Assembly (NCBI RefSeq): GCF_006345805.1
Contig: NC_043007.1
Coordinates: 63,550,001-63,614,000, forward strand
From: Octopus sinensis
Lineage: Eukaryota
Direction of reading: 5' to 3'
DNA: 64,000 nt
Part shown: piece by piece, positions 1 through 10,669 of the stretch
Position numbering within the stretch: the first letter of the stretch is position 1
Layout: the number at the start of each line of letters is the position of its first letter
Made by a program: the position numbers and the translations under genes
The notes under the pieces: generated by a model
What the model was told of the DNA's origin: nothing
What the model saw: the letters and a program-made list of their open reading frames with translations, nothing else
Database searches by the model: none

Positions 1-1745
1 ATAATTGGACGGATAAATAAATGGATGAAAAATTTTAAATTGGGGAGAGGGTGAAATTTGAGCCCCTTATTAAACTTTATAACACTAATTATTAAGCATG
101 AATGTTTGTTTCTCATAAAATGATGTAGATTTAATTAACATTAAGTTATTTAAGGCAAACAAGTAAAACGCTAATTCTTTTCACTTTAATCTTTTTGTCT
201 ATTTAATTTCTATTTGCATATGTTCGTTACGATCTCTTTGAAGGAAAACAAAATCAAAAATTTAATTGGGGGAGGGGGTGAATTTTTTTTTTTTTTTTTG
301 CATTTTCGTAATCTCCGATATCTAAAACGTAGGAATCCGAAAATAATTTTTTATAAAAAATGCATTTTTCAAGAAGAGGTGCGAACCTGCATTAGTCCCC
401 CACCCACCAACTATGAGTACTTGGTAAATTAACACAATCATTCCATATGTAGTAACCAAAAAAAAAGTTTATTAAAAAATATATCCTTAATGAAGAGACT
501 AATTTCTGTCAAAAGCAGGGCAAATAAATTTTAACGAAATATAGAAAACCAGTGGGAAAATAACATCGAACATCACGATTTGGTCAAAGAAGCAAACAGA
601 GCGACGCTTTCTTTAGAAGGCTTCCCCGTGCTGAGATGAATAATTTATGAGGTTGCTGCTTCCCTTGAATTGGAAAACTGATCCCCCATTACGTATTTCT
701 TTACTACCCACAAGGAGCTACGACAGGGCACTTAGACCACCGATAGTCGGTAAGGCGAACTATCGTGTGAAAGCTGATAGATTCCAGCCCCTGCGATCGT
801 ATCGCTAGTTATTCAATCACCAAAATCGAAGGATCCGAAGCGGCACGCCGGTGTCAAAAGTTCCCCATACCTACCATCATCCGAAATGGATTCACGTATC
901 CTTTTGCTCTATCTATTACCACTACCACAATTACTACTACTTTTTTTTCACAACCGTCACTACTGCTATCACCACAGTATCACAATAACTTGATTCCGCG
1001 GGGATAAAATGCAAGGGATGATTAGAATTCGTAGAGGTGTAATTACCATCAAGTTACATTAGTTTGGTACCCTATCGGCTATTTTAACTTTCTTTAAAAT
1101 GTATACTCTTAGTGAAATTTTGCAGGCACGTCGTCGATGTTACATTACGAAGCTTTTGTTTAAGTTGTCGTACAACGTAAACAAATGTTCGCCGGAATCC
1201 CTCAATGCAAAACGGAGGACAACATAAAAGCATACTGGAAGATCTAAAATATTTCCTAACGGTTCGCTCAATCGAATTGCTTTCATTTTGTACCAGGTCA
1301 TTGTTTACCAATTGTGTCGGGACATTCCGGACCCTCGCTCCCAACATTTTCCTATGAAAAGTAACATCGTAATCCAAAAGAAGCACCCAGCCAGAGGTAA
1401 AATAAGGATTTCATCTTACATCCAAAAAATCTTAATTTCTATATACCGAGACCAAGTGTTATCGCGTTGAAGGGACGTTTGCCGTAACTTACTAACCCGA
1501 TCCCAATAATTAAATCCGGATATTGGGGCCAGAGTTCGAACTCGTGGGGGCGGGTGTAAACTAACAACGCTAAAGTATTTTTTCCCCAGTGATTAATTAG
1601 TTCACTTTTGGTACTTTCCAGATGAGACTAGCTGCTGCAATGTGTCAAAAACTACAACCTAAGAATCAGAATAATACATGAAAACGCTTATAAATTAACA
1701 CGAAGCACATTTATCGACTCGAGAGATGACATATGACATTTTGTA

Positions 1746-1761
1746 GGCCCTGAAAAGGGCC
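1746..1761 (-). promoter_or_regulatory. Histone 3'-end stem-loop of H2B
   Basis: Minus strand GGCCCT-TTTC-AGGGCC, a perfect 6-bp stem and 4-nt loop, 34 nt after the H2B stop. Confidence 0.95.
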
Positions 1762-1795
1762 GTTGCTTTCACCTAAAACAGGCATTAGTAACTTT

Positions 1796-2170
1796 CTACT
1801 TGCTGCTTGTGTATTTGGTAACAGCCTTGGTACCTTCAGAGACGGCGTGTTTGGCTAATTCACCTGGAAGGAGAAGACGGACAGCAGTCTGTACTTCACG
1901 GCTACTGATGGTCGACCGTTTGTTGTAATGAGCCAAGCGGCTAGATTCAGAAGCTATTCTTTCGAACAGATCGTTGACGAAACTGTTCATGATAGACATA
2001 GCTTTACTGGAGATACCAGTGTCGGGGTGAACTTGTTTCAACACTTTGTAGATGTAGATAGAATAACTTTCCTTTCTCTTCCTCTTTTTTTTCTTATCCC
2101 CAGAACGCGCAGGTTTAGCCTTAGCGGCTTTCTTTGCTCCTTTTGACGCTGCTGCTGTAGTGGGTGGCAT
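1796..2170 (-). CDS. H2B: Histone H2B, replication-dependent, intronless, intact
   Basis: 124-aa ORF with [26 protein letters not shown]...[25 protein letters not shown]; TATA upstream and stem-loop downstream. Confidence 0.98.
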   Translation of the reverse strand: MPPTTAAASKGAKKAAKAKPARSGDKKKKRKRKESYSIYIYKVLKQVHPDTGISSKAMSIMNSFVNDLFERIASESSRLAHYNKRSTISSREVQTAVRLLLPGELAKHAVSEGTKAVTKYTSSK

Positions 2171-2220
2171 CCTTAGTAGTTAGAATCAGATGATTCAAGA
2201 AAGCAACGCGCAGACAATTA

Positions 2221-2380
2221 TATTTATAGTTGACAGGTAGGCTCACCAGCTCGTTTTCTGTAATTCATTTTAGCTCTAATGTCATTGGTGGAAATTGATT
2301 GCCTAGAAAATCACGTGACCGCACGCTGCTTTATCGCCGTCGTGTAAGCAGCTACCAACAGTATCTGGATCCTATTTAAA
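2221..2380. promoter_or_regulatory. Bidirectional histone-type promoter
   Basis: Minus-strand TATAAATA at 2221-2228, minus CCAAT at 2284-2288, TCACGTGA at 2311-2318, plus-strand GATCC-TATTTAAA at 2368-2380. Confidence 0.65.
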
Positions 2381-2629
2381 GGAAGATAGCGGCAATTGAT
2401 TAATTTGTGTTAGCTCGTCCCATGCTGTAGAAACTGGGAACGGAAGCATCAAGAACCGTTAATCGTGTATTGACAAATGTAACTAAACCACTAAAAATGA
2501 AGTTGAAGATAATAAAAGTGGTAAACAAACTATACGATAAATTTAGACTAAGTGAAAAACCGGCCGCAGCACTCGACACGAATTCCCAGCTAATGTGATT
2601 CGATTAAATATAATTCATATGTAATCTTT

Positions 2630-2775
2630 GTTTTTTACTTGCTTCAGTCATTACGCTGGGGCACTGCCTTGAAAAATTTTAGCCGAACGAATCGCCGCCT
2701 TGTACTTCTGTCGGTATAGCCACGGGGACATAAACATACCAACACCGGTTGTCAAGCGGTAGTGAGAAACACATG
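2630..2775 (-). mobile_element. SINE 3' fragment
   Basis: Resembles the longer copy at 62615-62960 (ttcagtcatt...acggggac.taaac.caccaac.ccggttgtcaagcg). Confidence 0.6.
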
Positions 2776-3682
2776 GTGGTGGGGAGGCAAAATGAGTAAC
2801 ATCTGATTTCTCGTTACTTTCTCCCTATCTGTTTGAAATCATTACACTGCAAGCATTGCATCATTATTTTTTTACTATGGCATCCTCTTTAGGATTATAG
2901 TTGAAGTTGAGAGAGTCCGAAACAGACTGGCAGGTCCTCCTCTTTCAAGAAATTTTTCCTCATGTTGGGAAAAAAGTCAAAATTGAAGAATTTGGAGAGG
3001 GGGTAAGAATTAGACAATGCCGATTTTTTGGCAATTTTCCGGAACCTCCGTATCCGAAAACGGGTTTTTGGCAAAAAAAAAAAAATCTTTTTTAATAAAC
3101 AAATTTGGGAGAAAATGGGTGGGGCGGAAGTCTTTCCTTCTTTTCCCCCCAGTCTAAAATGGGGTAAAATGAGTAATCTAATTTCAATTTCTTCTCTTTA
3201 ACTATATCTTGAAAGTTGTTTTGACAGTGACTAAAACACGCGGACAATATAAATTTTGTATCGATAAACATAGCGTACCGCTAACCCCCAAGAGTATTTT
3301 TTACCGAGTCGACTTTGTTTCCTCAATTAGTGGGCTTGCACACTTACTGACACGTCTACAAAATGAGATTTGAAATTTCTAAAAAAAAACATTGTACCCA
3401 AATTTAATTTTTTACAGTAGATTACGATAATATAGTAAAAGTCGGGACACACTTGTGGGGCTACGTTGGATGCTCGATATTATAACTTACCCTTCACAAC
3501 ACTTAATGTCGGTCGGTACTTTACAAATATGTAAAATATACCTCCCACGCACGATTCCTTAACCGTGTGGCATCACGATCCAAAAGACAGAACTGACTAA
3601 ATTCTTTCAAAGAAATAAAACGGGTAAGGTAAAACGTAACATAAATACAAATAGTTTGTTGAGAAAATTTAACGTTAAAGAG

Positions 3683-3703
3683 TGGGTGGTCCTAAAAAAG
3701 GCT
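3683..3703 (-). promoter_or_regulatory. Degenerate histone stem-loop plus ACCCA tail of the H4 remnant
   Basis: Minus strand AGCCTT-TTTT-AGGACC-ACCCA, 28 nt after the H4-like stop. Confidence 0.75.
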
Positions 3704-3731
3704 GTTATTCAGAATAGTCGAAATTAAAGGT

Positions 3732-3847
3732 TTAACCTCCAAAACCAAAGTTCTTGTCTTTTAACAGAACAACATACACAACAACGACAAACTTCTCTTG
3801 ATATACCACACCGCAGATAACATTCTCAAAAAAAATACCTTCAATAC
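3732..3847 (-). pseudogene. H4: Histone H4 pseudogene, 3' remnant
   Basis: Minus strand reads VLKVF..ENVI, then degenerate K.V..(M)(D)VV, then KRQ and GFGG-stop with small deletions; the 5' half is unrecognisable. Confidence 0.8.
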
Positions 3848-4161
3848 GGACGTAGCAGAAAACAACAATGAACATAATTCACGTGACTTTCAACAATTTT
3901 GTTTGGCTGTTCAGCAACAGCACCAAATTCTTTGCGGGAAGTTTGATTGTTATTGTACAGTACAGTACTACCTATAGATAAAGTAGGAGGTAAAATCTTT
4001 ATTATGATCGTGAGATCGAACATAGAAATGGACATAACAAAACAGACAAATACAAAAATGTTACATGAGTTCGAATTAAACTTTTAGAAATTTAATTATA
4101 ATATGAAATAAACGAATCATTAGCTTACTTTCGCCTTTAAAACGAGAACTTTTGTGTTTTG

Positions 4162-4765
4162 TTTTTTTTTTATTAAAACTAAAGAACATAACATAAAAAG
4201 GAAAAAGAATAGCAGGTTCAAAATTTGAACCCGGCAGCCTGTAATGTCCAGCAACTAGTTTTTCCTTCTTCGATGATTAAGCTGGGTTACTAACACCCAC
4301 CTATCTCATCACATCCTTCCATCGTTTTTCGTATTCACTCGGTGGCAGGATCTTCCTCTCCAACTCCATGTTGCTCTTCAGATATCTGAAGTAATATAGC
4401 AAACGGGTGCGTGAGACGAAGGACCCTGTCACAAAACCTTCCATTCTAGTCCTCCATGCACACTCTTTCAGTACTGCAACCGTACAGTAAAAATAAGCCC
4501 TACCTTCCTTTGTGAGTTCAGTTGGCGGTATCATCTTTATTATAGATCCAGCCGACAGCTGTACTCGTCTCAGATGCGACAACACGTGTACTACGTAACT
4601 TATCAAGCTAGATAGCTCCCGACATTGTACAAAAGCGTGCTGAACTGTTTCAACGTTCAGTCCACATCTTGGACATGTCGGTGGCACTGACAAACCGTGC
4701 CTGGATAACTTATCGCGAACAGGTAATGCATTCCTGTAGCACTGCCAGGTCAGGGATTTTTGAAC
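4162..4765 (-). mobile_element. L1/Tx1-type LINE, 5'-truncated 3' fragment
   Basis: QKSLTWQCYRNALPVRDKL..CPRC...ETVQHAFVQC (C-terminal CCHC knuckle), 3' UTR and AATAAA merging into an A run at 4162-4174. Confidence 0.9.
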
Positions 4766-4784
4766 AGGAGGTATGGGCTACGTC

Positions 4785-4800
4785 TCCGCCATGTGCACCT
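4785..4800 (+). repeat. Left target-site duplication of the 4801-9401 insertion
   Basis: TCCGCCATGTGCACCT matches 9402-9417 (TCTGCCATGTGCACCT) with one C/T change; the 13-bp core is identical. Confidence 0.75.
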
Positions 4801-5467
4801 GAAATTTGTTGCCTACTTGCAGGATTTGTTGTGGTTTCCCGTAAGGAAACGTTAAAAATTTTTGTGTGATAAACATTGTGAAACTGTTATCCTCCCCCAA
4901 AGGGGGGTACTTGTATCGCAGAGTGGTCCCGGTTGCGCACACGCGGATTCGCGCGAGCCAGACGTAGGTACTCGATACTCGAGATCCTACGAGGTGACTT
5001 GCGCGATTCGCGCATGCGCGTTACACCCTCCCCCCCCATATAATTTGTTGAACTTAATGAATTAATTTTCACTATTAATTTCACTAAAAATATGTGTGTG
5101 TGTGTGTATATAACATTTTCACTTTTACACAAAAAAATTACAGAGTAACACCCGCACGATTTTCACTAAAAATAAAAACGGATTTTTTAGATACCTTTCT
5201 GCTTTTTAAGACAATAAGGTGTTATTGGCTGGAAATCTGGCTGCTATTTCTAGCTGCCTGAGTGACAACGTAGTGATTCCCTCGCGGATTTACAGATAAA
5301 TGAATTAATTACTATTTTACAGAATAAAATTAATGAATTAATTATATAAATTAAATAATTCTTGAAAATTAATTAATATTAATAATATTTTTTGAACAAA
5401 GTAAATAATTTTTAAAACTTGAATAATTATTTATACGCACGAGTGCGCGTATGCAAATAGATGGGTC

Positions 5468-5871
5468 GGATCTTTTCGGTTTGGACGGCAGTTTTTTCTA
5501 GCGGTGTCATATGAAATTGTCACCCATAATTATGACCTTAGTATCGATCTATTGCATTTCAATCTGTTTTAGGATTAGGGGTGGGGGGAAGGGTATCTTT
5601 TTTGCTTCACAAATGTAAATAAACCCAATCTGTTTCTTAAACGAGGGACATATTCATACGGCACAGAATGTTTTTTTTACCTCAATGGACGTCAGTGATT
5701 GGTTGAAATTGAAGAAAAACAACAACAAATATCTTACAAACTATAGAATTTTCTCAATAAAGCCAAGAGAAAAAGATGTTTTATAAACACATTCCATCAG
5801 TATATGAAGTTTAAAATTTTTTAGTTACCTAGAAATTATGTTAAAAACTGCCGTTCAAACCGAAAAGATCC
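5468..5871. mobile_element. MITE with GGATCTTTTCGGTTTG terminal inverted repeats
   Basis: About 28-bp TIRs at both ends; flanks GATGGGTC and GATGGGTT suggest an 8-bp TSD. Confidence 0.8.
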
Positions 5872-5907
5872 GATGGGTTTTTAAAAAAATACAAAATAAA
5901 TCATTTT

Positions 5908-6127
5908 GGATCTTTTCACTTTGACCGGCAGATTTTTAAAATGATTTCTTTGTAACTAAACACTTTTAAACTTTGTATACTGGTAGTGTGTTACATAAAA
6001 CATCTTTTTCTCTTAGCTTTCTTGAGAAAATTCTGTAGTTTGTAAGCTATTTGTTGTTTAATTTCTTGCATTTCGGCAATTTCAACCAATCAATGACGTC
6101 TATTGGGGTGAATACAATTTCTGCCGT
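5908..6127. mobile_element. Partial inverted copy of the same MITE
   Basis: Starts GGATCTTTTC and is the diverged reverse complement of about 5655-5871. Confidence 0.75.
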
Positions 6128-9100
6128 AAACATTATTTATTTTGTAGTACTGAGAACATTCCTCCTCGAAAGATGAAAGAGCAGGTAAGCTCTACTTTCC
6201 TTCTTTTTCGGTTTATGACAGGGCTACACTGTGTATAGGTTGTTTGAATATGCGTGACTTTAACACTATTCTGGATGCACGCCAGGATAGCATAGGCTCG
6301 AATGATAGAAGATGTAACTCGCGCCTCGTCAATCTGCTGAAGCGATTTAGGCTGGCAGATCGATACAGACTTGGTAATCAGAGCATTCCAATGTGGATTT
6401 AAAGTAATAATGACGGATTAATCAGGTCGTATCTAGACAGGATAATAGTTAATGCTAGAGATAAGTCTAGTTTTAGTTCTCCACAGTTCACCTATGTACC
6501 CTACATAGATCACAAATTAGTGACGTGCAGAATGCATATAGATAAGATCCATAGACAAGGATCTGGCTATTGGAAGTTGAACAAGTTCCTATTGGATTGC
6601 GAAACCTACCGTAGCCAGATTAAGATGATAGTAATGAGGGCACTAACCAGCACTGTGTTAACTGGTGGTCAAAAAAGGCATTCAACTTGAGTCTATTAGA
6701 TTTAGCAAATAGTTGAGTCTAGAACAGACTAGAGTAGAAAGGGATCTAGTTAAGGCGTTAAAAGAGGCGCTGAGAATGGGCTCTGCACCCCAAGTTTTGG
6801 CGGTGAGATCAGCCTTGGGCCGACACCTCAATGCTAAACACAAAGGATGCGGAGTTCGGACAAAAGTACGTGCACTGGGTCATGAGGGTATCAACATTGC
6901 CGGGTGGGCTCATTCAGTAGAAACCCAACATGGCATAGATGCTATGATAAAGTCTGTGGTAAATGAACATTGACAGGAGATCCAAGGACAGGAAGAGATG
7001 TGTAAGGCCTATCGTGAGTACTTTGCTGCGTTGTTCGGACCATGGGGATGCCTTTCAGGATTTCCTAGCCGGCAGCCTGCGTCTCTCGGAACGTGATGCT
7101 GAGTGCTTTGAAGGGACAATCACGGCTGCGGAAGTTATAGAGGTGCTTTCCAAGTGCCCCGGGGACAAGTTGCAGGGATTGGATGGTCTATCGTATTTTA
7201 TAAAAGTATGCCAGACTTGCTCGGGAACATACTGGCAGGTGTATACGCGAATTGGCAACAGAATGGGAGAATTCCCAAATCTGTGAGCCGAGGAGTGGTG
7301 ACACTGATCAGAAAGGACCTGAGCAAGGGGGTAACATTAATAATTTTCAGCCCATAACTCTGCTCAACACAGAGTTAAAGATTTTGGCCAAGGTGTTACC
7401 CAAGATAGTGAGGCTTGTCGTGGGCGACCTGGTGGGAGAGACGCAGACATGTGCCATCCCAGGAAGGACGATACCCGACAACCTTCACCTCATTTGCTAC
7501 ACCACAGAGTGAGTGGGTAAAGTTCCTGGTAAAGATGGAGCACTGGTGAATTTAGACCTGTCTAAGGCATTTGATAGGGTTGACCATCGGTATCTGGTGG
7601 TGGTCCTCTTGGCAATTGGACTGGGCCTGACTTTCCATGGTTGGATTGAAACCTTATATAGCAACATCGAATCAGTTGTCCGGGTGAATGGGTTCTTCTC
7701 AAACACGTTCGTGATCGCGCACTCAGTTCGCCAAGGCTGCCCCCTGTCCCCACTCCTGTATGTATTGGCCTTGAGAGATTGGGGAATATGGGGGGGGGCA
7801 GACCCACGTGATCTATGTTACGGTAGAGGAGCGACGACATATGTGGATGGTGTCACCATCATCGTGTCTGATGAAGGGCAACTACCTCATGTAGAAGACT
7901 CCATCAAAGGATACGAAGCGGTTGTAGGAGCAAAAATTAACCAGGATAAATCAGTCGGCTTGCAACTTGGCACCTGGCATGGTAAGTCGATGCCTTCCAA
8001 CAGTGTTGTTGGATGCTGGACGGAGGGCCCAGTTAGACTGCTTGGAGTCTGGTTTGGACCAGATCTCCAGGTGGAGAAAAACTGAGGCAAGGTGATGGCC
8101 ATAACCCAGACCTGGTCTCGGAGGATGTTATCCTTGCTAGGGAGGGCCCAGGTTGTACAGGTGTTTATAGCATCTGTAATAACCTACCGCCTAACCATCA
8201 TGCCTTGTCCTAGTTTATGGCTGACCAAATTGGAATGGATCCTTTTCTGCTTTTTGTGGAAAGGGAAAACACCACTAGTGAGGTGCTCCATCAGCTGCTA
8301 GAAACCGCAAGGATGCCTTGGCTGATGATGTACAAGTATGCGCTGAGGCTGAGACATCTCTGGCACTACCTGGATGGTGAACAGGTGTGGTCATCACATG
8401 CCAAGCTCCTTTTCCCACAATTGACGTTCCTTCGGGATGTAGGCACATAAATCAAGCAGGAGACCTAGAACGAGAGAATGGCAGAGGGAGTGTAGACAAG
8501 TACTCTGTTCTCCCAGGCGAGCAGTACTGGCAGCAGGGCTACCACTGCAGATTTTTATAGAGGGTTGGTAGAGTATGAGTCTGATGACGCCCTAGGAGAG
8601 GCTCTAGGCTTCGATGAGGAACAGCTAACTAGCCTGTTTGGAAGGACATTCGGGCCAAGGTATAAGGATAATTTCCAGAAATCTCTAGCTTAGTTGTGCT
8701 ACTAATCGGCCTTACCGGTTCGAGAGAGGTTGTTGAGACATGAGTTCGGCACCTGCCCCATATGCCTGAGATGTGGGTGCGTGAGTGAAACTGTCACACA
8801 TGCCTTTGTACATTGTGAGGAGCTGAGGGAATTGATAACCTATGTCAAAAAACTATTTCAGATGCAGAAAGCGTACGGCTCTCGACTGAGTCCATGATTA
8901 AGGTTGTACCACCTTCCTCCTTTAATAAGGAAAGGAAGGCATCTTTTCTCTGCGTAGTTGCCATACTGAAAGGCACAGTGTGGATGGCATATGCAAAAGG
9001 AATTGAGATAGACAACTTTATCTCTGGACACGGGTTGGTAAGCTATTTTAACTACCACCTGACAAGAAAGATCCATCTGGAGAAAAGAAAGATCCACCTG

Positions 9101-9401
9101 ACAAGAAAAATCTGTCTGCCTCAAAGAGTGTTCGAGAAAAGATGGATAACTGTTGTAAGCAAGCTGAGACTGAATGGGGCCGTGCAAGTGTAACCGGTCA
9201 AGGTGAAAAAGAAGGAGAAAAGGAACGAAAAACTAAGGAAAAAAAACGGGAGGTTAAATAAAAACCCAAGAACTCTATTTTAATCATTTAATTTTTCTTT
9301 CTGATTTATTGTATTGGTTTATGATTGTAACCCCACCCCTGTGTAAAGGCTGACCTTGTTCTTTCCCCTCTAAGTATGCCTCTTTAGGCAAGTAAAGAAA
9401 T

Positions 9402-9417
9402 TCTGCCATGTGCACCT
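9402..9417 (+). repeat. Right target-site duplication
   Basis: Direct repeat of 4785-4800, directly after the LINE 3' UTR. Confidence 0.75.
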
Positions 9418-9457
9418 ATTGTTTGTTGTTGGCATCAACCAGAATTATCAGACACTG

Positions 9458-9863
9458 AAGACATTTGCAAAAGCAAACGGCTCGCAAGTCTACCGGAAGA
9501 AAAGCTCCTAGTAAACAACTTTCCACTAGGGCAGCCTGGAAGAGTGCCCTGGCAACAGGCAGTGTTAAAAAACCTCATCATTACATCCAGGTACTGTAGC
9601 TCTCCGTGAGATCAGACGTTACCAAAAATCTACTGAACTTATCAGGAAGCTTCCCTTACAGCGTCTTGTACATAAGATCGCTCTGGATTTCAAGACAGAT
9701 TTTGGTTTACTGAGCTCTGCTGTGATGGCTCTTCAAGAAGCTAGTGAGGCTTATTTAGTCGGTCTTTTCAAAGATACCAATTTGTGTGCCATCCATGCCA
9801 AACGAGTGACCATCATGCCTAAAGATATCCAACTCGTCCGCCATATTCGTGATGAAAGTTTAA
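9458..9863 (+). pseudogene. H3: Histone H3 (H3.2-type) pseudogene
   Basis: [70 protein letters not shown]; start codon lost, frameshift after HHY, one Leu codon missing. Confidence 0.95.
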
Positions 9864-9889
9864 GTGGCAGGAGTTTCTGCTTCTACAAT

Positions 9890-9905
9890 GGCCGTTTTCA
9901 GGACC
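9890..9905 (+). promoter_or_regulatory. Degenerate histone stem-loop of the H3 pseudogene
   Basis: GGCCGT-TTTC-AGGACC followed by CCAGT, 26 nt after the stop. Confidence 0.8.
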
Positions 9906-10384
9906 CCAGTATTTTCTCTGGAAATGTATTCTACCTGTTATTGATTTGAGTGGGGTGTTACCATTTTTTTCTTTTTTTGTCTTTCGTGATCGTATCTCTA
10001 CAAAATGTTAAAATTTTCCAAGCTATCCTGTTCATCTTATCTCACGTGTGCATTGATTATAAGCGACTGTTAAAAAAAGTATGGACATATATTTTAATAA
10101 TTGAACATTGTAATCTATATATATATAAAGATGAGAATGTGTGTCTGTGTGAATCCCTAAAACTTCAGAACTGCACATGCCTTACTTAGGGTCCATGTAG
10201 TGTCATAGGCCCCAAAATTTTTAACTTCTTGCCTAGTGCAAGCCCACAGCAATATCATATCTTCTCCACTATTCCAGTATTACGTGTCAAAAGTGAAACA
10301 ATAACATCTCTCTATTGCAATGTCAGATACTTTCACTTTAATAGTTTCAATTTAATACTGAAACCATTAAAGTGAAACTATTAT

Positions 10385-10600
10385 CTCACATATATACAGG
10401 CATACATACATACACATACATACATACATACATACATACATACATACATACATACATACATACATACATACATCTGCACAAATGTATATATATACATGTA
10501 TATGTAAAGATGTATTTATATACATATAGATGTACATGTAATATGTACATATATATATATATATATTTACACATATACACATGCATACATATATACACCC
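10385..10600. repeat. (TACA)n/(TA)n microsatellite
   Basis: Direct reading. Confidence 0.95.
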
Positions 10601-10669
10601 ATACACATATCATTTTAACATATATTTACCAAAATTACATAAACATATCTTGGGATACTATACAGTAAA

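Larger units (their letters stand above)
4801..9401 (+). mobile_element. L1/Tx1-type LINE, degenerate, ORF2 remnant about 6235-9193
   Basis: APE motifs (DFN, SYLDRI, DHK, GYWKLN), RT motifs (ELKILAKVL, NLDLSKAFDRVDH, VRQGCPLSPLLY, YVDG) and a CCHC knuckle, with many stops and frameshifts; outer limits set by the direct repeat. Confidence 0.85.

Noticed and set aside
600-1600. CpG-richer stretch suspected of being rRNA or histone H1
   Set aside because: No rRNA signature or H1 motif in any frame; ORF 1084-1386 matches nothing I recognise; only a short SINE end near 695-715.
2400-3680. H2A remnant
   Set aside because: Only weak chance similarities (ATG at 2422, ccaaaagacag near 3580); no H2A motif and no plus-strand stem-loop.
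3841-4035. ORF starting MS near where the H4 start would fall
   Set aside because: No similarity to the SGRGKGG tail; treated as coincidence.
5432-5460. Helitron 3' end (hairpin ATACGC..GCGTAT)
   Set aside because: Ends ATAG rather than CTRR, and no TC 5' end was identified.
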